From IMG/VR virus record IMGVR_UViG_3300048847_000024, positions 1 through 52,257 of that record: a stretch of DNA of 52,257 nucleotides. The stretch is one strand, 5' to 3'. The notes under the pieces are model-generated. The model did no database searches and was not told the DNA's origin. It worked only from the letters and a program-made list of their open reading frames with translations. Origin of the DNA: a virus. Lineage: Duplodnaviria; Caudoviricetes. The position numbers and the translations under genes were made by a program. Positions 26,185 to 34,297 of the stretch are shown here, one piece after another (the stretch's first letter is position 1; each line of letters begins with the position of its first letter).

Positions 26185-27456
26185 ATGGGCATCCTCGATC
26201 TCTTCCGCGGCAGGCCTGCGGCTTCCGCGGGCGCACCGCGCCGGTCCGGCCCTCGCGCTGACGCCGGAACGTTCATTTCGCTCAACGACGAGCGGCTGAA
26301 GGAGTTTTTGTGCCTCGGCACGATGACGCCATCGGGCGTCTCGGTGACTGTCGAGAAGGCGATGAAGGTGTCGGCGGTGTTCCGCTCGGTCAGCCTCATC
26401 TCCTTTTCGATGGGCATGCTGCCCCTGCACCTGATCGACACCGAGACCAAGCAGAAGGCCAAGGATCACCCGCTCTTCCCGCTGCTGCACCGGGAGCCGA
26501 ACAACTTCCAGTCGGCGTTCGACTTCAAGACGCTGCTGCAGAGCTGGGCACTGACCGAGGGCGACGGCTACGCGCTCGTCGTCCGCTCGCCGACGGACAA
26601 GCGGCGGGTGCTGCGGATGATCCCGCTCCACCCGAAGAAGATGAAGCCGGAACAGCAGGACGACTGGTCGATCCGCTACCGCTACACGCCGGACAGAGGC
26701 GGCGTCCGCTACTTCGACGCGAGCGAGATCCTGCACCTCCGCGGCATGTCGATGGACGGCATCCGCGGCATCTCGCTCGTCAAACAGGCGGCGGACGCGA
26801 TCGCGCTGGCGATCTCGGCCGAACTCGCCATCGGCCGTCTGTTCAAGAACGGCACGTTCTCGAACATCTATCTCGCGACGTCGTCCGAGCTCGACGACGA
26901 CGCCTATGCCCGGCTGCGAGAGGACTGGGACAGCCTCTACTCGGGCGCCGAAAACGCCGGGCGCACGCCGATCCTCGAAGACGGGCTTGAGCCTAAGAGC
27001 CTCGCCACGTCGGCGCGTGACGCGCAGTCCAACGAGACCCGGGCCCGCCAGGTCGAGGAGATCGCCCGCATCTTCGGCGTGCCGCGGCCCCTGCTGATGA
27101 CGGACGAGACGAGCTGGGACTCGGGCATCGACGTGCTCGGACAGTTCTTCGTGCGCTATGGCCTGAACCCGTGGTTCGAGGCCTGGCAGCAGGCGATCAG
27201 CCGGACCCTGCTCATTGGCGACGACAAGGAGCAGTTCGCGCCGAAGTTCAACGCCGGCGCGCTGCTGCGCGGTTCGATGAAGGATCAGGGCGAGTTCTTC
27301 GCCAAGGCGCTCGGCGCTGGCGGCCACAAGCCCTTCATGACGCAGAACGAAGTCCGGGACGTGATGGACATGCCGGCGGACACGGACCCCGCGAGCGACC
27401 GGCTCGACAGTCCGATGATGGGCCACAACGGCGGCCCGCCTCTCAACGGAAAGTAG
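26185..27456 (+). CDS. HK97-family portal protein
   Basis: EPNNFQS, EILHLR, EIARIFGVP, MTQNEVR. Confidence 0.95.
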   Translation: MGILDLFRGRPAASAGAPRRSGPRADAGTFISLNDERLKEFLCLGTMTPSGVSVTVEKAMKVSAVFRSVSLISFSMGMLPLHLIDTETKQKAKDHPLFPLLHREPNNFQSAFDFKTLLQSWALTEGDGYALVVRSPTDKRRVLRMIPLHPKKMKPEQQDDWSIRYRYTPDRGGVRYFDASEILHLRGMSMDGIRGISLVKQAADAIALAISAELAIGRLFKNGTFSNIYLATSSELDDDAYARLREDWDSLYSGAENAGRTPILEDGLEPKSLATSARDAQSNETRARQVEEIARIFGVPRPLLMTDETSWDSGIDVLGQFFVRYGLNPWFEAWQQAISRTLLIGDDKEQFAPKFNAGALLRGSMKDQGEFFAKALGAGGHKPFMTQNEVRDVMDMPADTDPASDRLDSPMMGHNGGPPLNGK

Positions 27457-27465
27457 GAGGCCTCC

Positions 27466-28491
27466 ATGGCCGACGAGAACCGCGACCGCCAGAGGGCGGC
27501 CGAGGCGGATCGCATGCGTCCGCCGGCGATCAACGAGCCGGCAGGGCAGGGCGACAAGCCTGCGGCTGTGGAGCGTGGCGAGGAGCGCAGGCCTCGCGTA
27601 GCGCGTCGCCCGCGGAGCGTCGTCGGAAAGGTGATGGCTCGCGAGCGTCCTGGCGCTCTGCCGGTCCCAGCGCGCCGCGACGTGGCGGCGCTAACCCCTC
27701 AGCCGGTGTTCGACAAGTGGACGGCCGAGGCCGCCGGCGTCCAGGCGGTGGCGAAGGACGACAGCGTCATCACCATCTTCGGCGTGATCGGAGAGGACTT
27801 CTGGTCGGAGGGCATCACGGCCAAGAAGATCACCGCGCAGCTGCGCGCGATCGGCGAGCGCGACGTCGAGGTGCAGGTCAACTCGCCCGGCGGGGACATG
27901 TTCGAAGGGATCGCGATCTATAACGTGCTCCGCGAGCACGGCCAGAAGGTCGCGGTGAAGGTTATGGGTATGGCGGCCTCGGCCGCGTCCATCATCGCCA
28001 TGGCGGGCGACACGGTAGAGATCGGCGCCGCCTCCTTCCTGATGATCCACAATTGCTGGGTGCTGGCGATCGGCAACCGGCACGACTTCCTGGAGACGGC
28101 GGCGTTCCTCGAGCCGTTCGACCAGGCGATGGCGGACGTCTACGCGGCTCGCACCGGCCGGAAGGCGGCCGAGATCGCGAAATGGATGGACGACGAGACC
28201 TTCATGTCTGGGTCGGTGGCGATCGAGCGCGGCTTCGCCGACGCTCTCCTGCCGGCGGATAAGCTCACCAAGGACGAGAAGGCCAAGGAGCAGGCGAAGG
28301 ACGTGAACGACGTCCGCGCCATGGAGCTCTCTCTGGTCGCAAGCGGGATGACGCGCTCCGACGCGCGCGACCGCATCCAGAAGATCAAGGGCACGCCAGG
28401 CGCTGCCCTTGAAGACGACACGCCGGGCGCTGTCGAGGACTTGAGCCTGATCGGCGATCTCGCCGGTCTCCGAGACATCCTGCGTTCCTGA
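27466..28491 (+). CDS. ClpP-type prohead protease
   Basis: VNSPGGD, GMAASAASII, MIHN, ET.M...A...GFAD. Confidence 0.93.
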   Translation: MADENRDRQRAAEADRMRPPAINEPAGQGDKPAAVERGEERRPRVARRPRSVVGKVMARERPGALPVPARRDVAALTPQPVFDKWTAEAAGVQAVAKDDSVITIFGVIGEDFWSEGITAKKITAQLRAIGERDVEVQVNSPGGDMFEGIAIYNVLREHGQKVAVKVMGMAASAASIIAMAGDTVEIGAASFLMIHNCWVLAIGNRHDFLETAAFLEPFDQAMADVYAARTGRKAAEIAKWMDDETFMSGSVAIERGFADALLPADKLTKDEKAKEQAKDVNDVRAMELSLVASGMTRSDARDRIQKIKGTPGAALEDDTPGAVEDLSLIGDLAGLRDILRS

Positions 28492-28502
28492 AAGGGACCA
28501 TC

Positions 28503-29956
28503 ATGAAGACGCTCCTGGTCGCGGCGCTTGCCGTCGCGCTCATTGCGACGTGCTGCGCCGTGGCGGCGCCGGACGTTGCCTATGCGGCCCACTCGGCCGT
28601 CCCGTACATGGCGATGCTCGCGCTGCCGGCTTCGCCTCACGTCATGCCCCGCGCCATCCTCGGCCGGGTCCGCGCCGAAGCTCCGCATGCCCTGCCGGCA
28701 CGCGGGTCGCATCGGGTCTCCGTCGCCTCGGCGATCCCTCCGCGCGCGATAGCGGCCGCCCGGGTTCGAGCGGACGTCTCGGACCCGAAGGTGGTCATAA
28801 CCGAGCTGAAGGCCGCGTTCGAGGCCTTCAAGACGGAGAACGACGCCAAGCTGAAGGCGAAGGCGGACGTCGTCGTCGACGAGAAGGTCGAGCGCATCAA
28901 CAGCGCCGTCACCGCCATGCAGGCGGCGCTTGACGAGCTCGCGATCAAGCTGGCGGCCGAGAAGGTGAAGCCCGGCAACCTGCCGGGAGACCTGGAGGCG
29001 ACGTCCCCCGAGGCGATCAAGGCGTTCAAGACCTTCATGCGCCGTGGCGACGAGGTGAACGCCGCTCTCACCAAGAGCGTCGACACGGAAGGCGGCTACC
29101 TCGCGCCGGTCGAGTGGGACCGCACGATCGTCGACAAGCTGAAGCTGATCTCGAAGGTTCGAGAGAACGCCCGCGTTCTGCCGATCACCGTGGCCGGCTT
29201 CAAGAAGCTGTTCAACGACCGCGCGGTCGGCTCCGGCTGGGTGGGAGAGACGGCGTCCCGTCCCGCCACGACCACGCCGGCGATCGGCTCGCTCGACTGG
29301 GCGCCGGGAGAGCTCTACGCCAACCCGGCGATCTCCAGCGGGCTCCTGCAGGACGCGGCGATCGACCTTGAGGCGTGGCTCGCCGACGAAGTCGAGGTCG
29401 AGTTCTCCCGTCAGGAGGGCATCGCCTTCCTTTCGGGCGACGGCACGAACAAGCCGCACGGCCTCCTGACCTACGTGACCGGCGCCGCGAACGCTGCCCG
29501 TCACCCGTGGGGGGCGATCCAGGTCGTCAACAGCGGAGCGCCGCGGCGCTCACGGGCGACGGCTTCATCGACCTGATGTACAGCCTGCCGGCCGAGTTCA
29601 CGGCGAACGCGAAGCTGTTCATCAACCGCGCGTCGCTCGGCGCGACGCGCAAGCTGAAAGATGGGCAGGGGAACTATCTCTGGCAGCCTAGCTACGCCGC
29701 CGGTGAGCCGCAGACCATGAACGGCTCGCCGATTGTGGAGCTTCCCGGCATGCCGGGCGTGGCGGCGGGCAACATCGTCGCCCTCTACGGCGACATGTAC
29801 CAGACCTACCTGATCGTCGACCGGATCGGCATCACGGTGCTGCGCGATCCGTTCACCAACAAGCCCTTCGTCCACTTCTATACGACGAAGCGCGTCGGCG
29901 GCGGCGTCGCCAACCCCGAGCCCATGCGGGCCCTCAAGGTCGCGGCGAACACCTAA
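28503..29956 (+). pseudogene. HK97-fold major capsid protein split by a frameshift near 29539 (ORFs 28503-29576 and 29375-29956)
   Basis: The N part (GGYLAP, WVGET, GDGTNKPHG) and C part (LKDGQGNYLWQP, RDPFTNKP.V.FY..KRVGG) are in different frames; GGAGCGCCGCG lacks one base relative to GGA GCC GCC GCG. Confidence 0.88.
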
Positions 29957-30028
29957 ACGCCGCGCTGCGCGGGCGGCTGAAGCACGACACCGCAGCGGAC
30001 CTTTGGGCCCGCTGCTTGCCCCTCATGC

Positions 30029-30337
30029 ATGGAGGCCGAGATGGCCGTGAAGAACACTCAGGCGGCGTCGAAGCCCGCCGAGAGCGCCGGCTCCGCGCCG
30101 GCGAACATCCCCGCCGCGACGGACTTCTCGACGTCCGGCGCGCCGCGACAGGTCACCGAGTTCGACCCGTCGCACCCGGCCGTGGACGACAATCCGCGGA
30201 AGGACACCACGCTCGACCAGAACCGGATCGACTTCAACGATCCGAACCTCGACGAGAGCGAGGCGGTGGCGAAGAGCCTGCGCGAGCAGGGCGTCGACGT
30301 GGCCGAGCCGGGCGCGAAGTCCGGCGACGCGAAGTAA
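30029..30337 (+). CDS. Hypothetical head-region protein (start probably 30041)
   Basis: GGAGG RBS; HPAVD.NPR..T...QNRIDFNDP. Confidence 0.75.
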   Translation: MEAEMAVKNTQAASKPAESAGSAPANIPAATDFSTSGAPRQVTEFDPSHPAVDDNPRKDTTLDQNRIDFNDPNLDESEAVAKSLREQGVDVAEPGAKSGDAK

Positions 30338-30347
30338 GGCGCCGCAG

Positions 30348-30962
30348 ATGCTGACCGTCGTCACCGCTGCATCCTCGCGGAGGCTGACGACGGTTGAGCA
30401 TGTGCGGGCGGATCTCGGTCTCGCCGCCGGCGCGCCGACGGACGAGCAGATCAATCGCTTCATCGACCAGGCCTCGGCGGCGGCCGAGCGCTTCTGCAGG
30501 CGGACCTTCGCCCGCGAGGTCGTGCTTCAGACGCTCCGCAGCTGCGACCTGAACCGCTCGCTCGTCCTCGAGCGCGGCCCGGTCGCCTCGATCGAGAGCG
30601 TGACGTGGAACGGCGCGGCCGTGCCCGTCGAGGAGTTCGAGGTCGACCGCGGCTTCCTCTGGCGAGTGGGGTCCCACGGTCACCGGCACTACTGGGGCGG
30701 ATCGGCGCTCGCGGTGCAGTATGCGGCCGGCTACGTGCTGCCAGGGGCCGACGGCGCGGACCTTCCGCCCGACGTCGAGCGCGCCGCCATCCTGCTCGTC
30801 GGCGCATCGCTCTCCGTGCAGGGGCGCGATCCGCTGGTGAAGAGCGAGGACGTCGATGGCGTCTCCGCCACCAGCTGGTGGGTGCCCGGCGCGAGAAGCG
30901 CGCTCGCCTCGCCGGAGGCCGAGCAGCTCTTGCGGCCTTACCGCCTCGCGCGGGTGCGGTGA
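30348..30962 (+). CDS. Head-tail connector (gp6-like)
   Basis: AERFCRRTF, Y.AGY, LPPDV..A, LL.PYR; position after the capsid gene. Confidence 0.85.
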   Translation: MLTVVTAASSRRLTTVEHVRADLGLAAGAPTDEQINRFIDQASAAAERFCRRTFAREVVLQTLRSCDLNRSLVLERGPVASIESVTWNGAAVPVEEFEVDRGFLWRVGSHGHRHYWGGSALAVQYAAGYVLPGADGADLPPDVERAAILLVGASLSVQGRDPLVKSEDVDGVSATSWWVPGARSALASPEAEQLLRPYRLARVR

Positions 30963-31303
30963 TGACGCCCGAGCAGGCGAAGGCCGCTTATCGACGGCAG
31001 CTCGGCCGGCATGGCGGCCTGGTGACCCTGCAGCGTGGTCTCGGCGCCGGCGCACCGAAGGTGACGTTCAAGGCGCGTGTGACCGGCTACCAGCCGCAGG
31101 AGATGACCGGCGGCGTTCAGCAGGGCGACAGCAAGGTGATCTTCATGGCCGATGACGTCGCTGGTTTCCCGCTGCCGATCAAGGCGCAGTCGGTCGACGC
31201 GATCTGGCAGGACGGCCGGAAGATGACGGTGCAGGCGGTTGACGATCAGACGCGGCGCGTCGCAGGCGAACTGATCGCGTACGAGCTGAGAGTGCGAGGG
31301 TGA
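30962..31303 (+). CDS. Head-closure / head-tail joining protein
   Basis: ATG in TGATG overlap; beta-rich; synteny. Confidence 0.75.
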   Translation: MTPEQAKAAYRRQLGRHGGLVTLQRGLGAGAPKVTFKARVTGYQPQEMTGGVQQGDSKVIFMADDVAGFPLPIKAQSVDAIWQDGRKMTVQAVDDQTRRVAGELIAYELRVRG

Positions 31304-31974
31304 GCGTCAGGACGCGGATCGAGCCACTCGATCGCGACGTTCAGGCCATCATCGACGAAGACCTATCGCCTCGCGGTCGGAGCCTTGCGCTGGCGGCATT
31401 CGCTCGTGAGGAGCTGGCGAAGGCGCAGGCGCAGAACCGCTCAGCCCTCGCCCGCACTCCGGCGCACGAGACCTTCGTGGACGGGCGCGCTGGCGCCGTC
31501 ATCGACACCGTGAAGCCGGACGGCACGGTCGTTTTCGAGTTCGAGCTCATCGAGGAGGTGCTCACCTTCGTCGCCGAGCTGCTGGTCACGCATTCGCCAG
31601 TTCGCGAGGGCGTCTATGCCGCGAGCCACGTGCTCCTCGCTGACGGGATCGAGGTTCTGGAGGGCGAGCGCGCTCCGGTCGCGCGAGAATACATCTTCCT
31701 CAACGCGCAGCCCTACGCCCGCAAGATCGAGCGAGGGCTGAGCCCGCAGGCGCCGGACGGCGTCTATGAGGGCGTGGCGGCGATCGCGGCGGCGCGCTTC
31801 GGCAATGTGGCGAGGATCCGCTTCGGCTACCGCTCGATCCGCGGAGGCGCGCTATCCGAATGGGCCGCGCGCACGACCCTGCAGTCGCACTCGCCGAGCC
31901 GGAACATGGCGGGCTCGAAGCGCACGGACTGGCTGACCCGGCAGCCGGCGATCGTCATCGCGACGGGACGGTGA
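31300..31974 (+). CDS. Neck / tail-completion protein (HK97 gp10-like)
   Basis: SPV..G, N..PYARKIE.G.S.QAPDG. Confidence 0.75.
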   Translation: MSVRTRIEPLDRDVQAIIDEDLSPRGRSLALAAFAREELAKAQAQNRSALARTPAHETFVDGRAGAVIDTVKPDGTVVFEFELIEEVLTFVAELLVTHSPVREGVYAASHVLLADGIEVLEGERAPVAREYIFLNAQPYARKIERGLSPQAPDGVYEGVAAIAAARFGNVARIRFGYRSIRGGALSEWAARTTLQSHSPSRNMAGSKRTDWLTRQPAIVIATGR

Positions 31975-31975
31975 G

Positions 31976-32371
31976 ATGGCTTCGCACCCGGTCATGATGG
32001 CGGTCGACGCGAGGCTCGCGGCCTCCTGGGACGCCTGTCCCGTGCTCGGAGAGAACACCGAGGGCGAGGCTCCGTCCGACGGCTCGCCGTACATCGTGGT
32101 CCAGTACCCGGTCGGCATGGCCCGGCGCTGGGCGCTCAACGAACGCTTCTACCGCGAGAGCGGAGCGATCCGCTTCGTGATCCACACCGAGCGCGGGCAG
32201 GGCGCGACCAAGGCCGCGCAATGGGGCGAGATGCTCGCCAGCCTGTTCCGGGACCGAGCCTTTGGCGGCATCAAGACCCAGACCCCTACGCCGCCGACCG
32301 AGGGCGAGGGAGACGGCAACTACCACGTGACGAGCCTTTCGGTCCCGTACACCCGCGATTTCCGCGACTGA
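31976..32371 (+). CDS. Tail terminator-like protein
   Basis: Size and synteny. Confidence 0.7.
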   Translation: MASHPVMMAVDARLAASWDACPVLGENTEGEAPSDGSPYIVVQYPVGMARRWALNERFYRESGAIRFVIHTERGQGATKAAQWGEMLASLFRDRAFGGIKTQTPTPPTEGEGDGNYHVTSLSVPYTRDFRD

Positions 32372-32383
32372 GGAGGAGCCTCC

Positions 32384-32596
32384 ATGGCCCGCATCACGAA
32401 CAACCTGCGCAGCACGGTCAACCTGGTCACCGGCGTAAAGGACGGCGTGGCCGTCACCGAGGCGATCAGGGCCAGCGAGACGAAGGAGGTCAAAGCCGAC
32501 ACGGAGAGCGCCCACTTCAAGGGCCTGCTCGCCGCTGGCGCGATCTCGGTTGACGACAAAGCGGTCGCCAAGGCCGCGAGGGCGGCGACGGAATGA
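32384..32596 (+). CDS. Hypothetical protein
   Basis: GAGGAG RBS. Confidence 0.7.
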   Translation: MARITNNLRSTVNLVTGVKDGVAVTEAIRASETKEVKADTESAHFKGLLAAGAISVDDKAVAKAARAATE

Positions 32597-32805
32597 CGGA
32601 GCCAGTCCACGACGACACGGCGGCACTTGATGCGCTGCGGGAGGCCGTCGCCAAGCTCAATGTGGCGCTCGATCTAGCCGCGAGGCGCAACATCGCTGTC
32701 GAGTTGAGCACCGGAGAGACGAAATACCTCGGACAGTCGGCGGCGCGGTCAGTCGTAACGGTTCGCGCCACTCGCTTCCGGAAAGAGATCGACGAGCGCC
32801 TTTAG
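32593..32805 (+). CDS. Hypothetical protein
   Basis: ATGA coupling. Confidence 0.6.
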   Translation: MTEPVHDDTAALDALREAVAKLNVALDLAARRNIAVELSTGETKYLGQSAARSVVTVRATRFRKEIDERL

Positions 32806-32889
32806 GCGCCTGTCGAGCCTAAAACGGCCTTCGGCAAGCCGCTCGGCCCGTCGTGAGACGCGCCCGTCCCCTAGATGGAGGCCCCTGAT

Positions 32890-33372
32890 ATGGGCGATAT
32901 CTTCACCGCGACCGGCTCGAAGTTCTACATCGGCCCGTCCGTCACCAACGGCACCGACACAGCGGCCGAGTTCGCCGCTCTCGCGTGGGTCGAGGTCGGT
33001 CTCATCGAGACCCTCGGCGAGTATGGCGACGAGAGTTCGCCCGTCACCTTCGCCGCGATCGGCGACGGTCGGACCCGCAAGGCGAAGGGTTCCCGCGACG
33101 CCGGCATGATGGCGGTGACGGTCGGCCGCGATGCGACCGACGTCGGCCAACAGGCGCTCGCCGCCGCCGAGCGCACGTACAACAACTACGCGTTCAAGGT
33201 CGTTCTGCCGAACCGGCTGACGGTCTCCGGCACCGATGAGATCAACTATTTCCGCGGCCTCGTCATGTCGCGGAAGAAGAACGTGGGCGGCAACGACAAC
33301 GTTGTTCGCGACACCTACAATATCGGCGTGAACTCCGAACTCGTCGAAGTCGCGCCGACCGCTGGACCGTAA
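32890..33372 (+). CDS. Major tail tube protein
   Basis: GGAGG RBS; W.E.G....GE.GD, K.KG.RDAG, D.GQ, YF.G.V. Confidence 0.85.
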   Translation: MGDIFTATGSKFYIGPSVTNGTDTAAEFAALAWVEVGLIETLGEYGDESSPVTFAAIGDGRTRKAKGSRDAGMMAVTVGRDATDVGQQALAAAERTYNNYAFKVVLPNRLTVSGTDEINYFRGLVMSRKKNVGGNDNVVRDTYNIGVNSELVEVAPTAGP

Positions 33373-33376
33373 GCAG

Positions 33377-33401
33377 CGCCCGCCATCCCGGCGGGCGTTT
33401 T
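33377..33401 (+). terminator. Intrinsic terminator after the tail tube gene
   Basis: CGCCCGCC/GGCGGGCG stem followed by TTTT. Confidence 0.55.
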
Positions 33402-33417
33402 CATTCGAGGCACGACC

Positions 33418-33840
33418 ATGAAGCTGAGCAGCCTGAAGATCGACAGCGCCAGACTGGAACGCGGCGCCTGGATTGGCGACATCCCGGAGCTCGAAGGGGT
33501 CAGGTTCCACGTTCGTGGCGCCGGCAACGCCGACTGGCGCCGGCTTCAGGCCAAGCTTGTCGCTGGCGTGCCCGCCAAGGAGCGTCGGAACGGGCTCGAC
33601 GTGGTGACGCGGGACCGCATCGAGACGCGATGCCTGCTGGATGCGTGCCTGCTCGACTGGAGCGGCCTCGAGGAAGACGACGGACAGCCCGTCGCCTTCT
33701 CGCGCGAGACCGCTGAACGGTACCTAACCGATCCGGACTACGCCGTTCTGCGCGCAGGGGTCGTCTATGCGGCCAATCTGGTCGCCGACGTCGAAACGGA
33801 AGCGGCTGAGCAGACCTTGGGAAACTCCTCGCCTGCCTGA
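33418..33840 (+). CDS. Tail assembly chaperone (gpG-like)
   Basis: LLDW.GL..DG....FS.E.A; ends at a slippery site. Confidence 0.85.
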   Translation: MKLSSLKIDSARLERGAWIGDIPELEGVRFHVRGAGNADWRRLQAKLVAGVPAKERRNGLDVVTRDRIETRCLLDACLLDWSGLEEDDGQPVAFSRETAERYLTDPDYAVLRAGVVYAANLVADVETEAAEQTLGNSSPA

Positions 33841-34292
33841 GGCACCAGCTCTACTGGGGCCCTCAGGCGAGGCACCTGGCGCAGCGGCGGCACGAGGGTA
33901 AACCGCCGCCGCCTGGCTACACGGAGCCGCCGGACGTCGAGCCCGGCGGCGAGTTCCTGTGGAGCGCTTTCTGGAGCCTGAGCCCCGACCGCTCGATCGG
34001 CTTTGGCGAAGGCGAGATCCCGTTCTCCGCGATCGACCGCTACGCCGAGCGCGCGGGCATCGTCGACCGCGACGATTTCGAGGCGTTCGAACGGGCGATC
34101 AGGCGGCTCGACGCCGAGTTCCTCGCCCGTCGCGCCCGCAGGGCGGGCGCCGAAGGGATCGCCGAGGCTCCGATCGAAGACGCCGCGGCGGTGAAGTCGC
34201 TGCTCAAGAGCGTGGCGAAGAAGCCAGGCGAAGAGCGGCCGGACTTCGTCCGCATGAAGATGGCGATGCAGCGCGTCGCCGAAGAGGCATAG
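33819..34292 (+). CDS. gpGT extension reached by -1 programmed frameshift at G GGA AAC (33819-33825)
   Basis: The -1 frame is open to TAG 34292 (LW.AFW.LS.DR..G....IPF.AIDRYA...LD.EF) and has no usable start codon near its 5' end. Confidence 0.85.
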   Translation, partial: GKLLACLRHQLYWGPQARHLAQRRHEGKPPPPGYTEPPDVEPGGEFLWSAFWSLSPDRSIGFGEGEIPFSAIDRYAERAGIVDRDDFEAFERAIRRLDAEFLARRARRAGAEGIAEAPIEDAAAVKSLLKSVAKKPGEERPDFVRMKMAMQRVAEEA

Positions 34293-34297
34293 GCTCC

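Noticed and set aside
27421-27445. GHNGGPPL motif at the portal C-terminus
   Set aside because: Resembles a short low-complexity motif I recall from alphaproteobacterial phage proteins, but it occurs once here and supports no claim.
29530-29560. Programmed frameshift in the capsid gene
   Set aside because: No slippery sequence, and the break falls within the essential HK97 fold rather than before a C-terminal extension.
33959-34297. N-terminal 113 aa of the 1533-aa tape measure ORF
   Set aside because: Arg-rich off-frame read of the gpGT region; the real start is ATG 34298.
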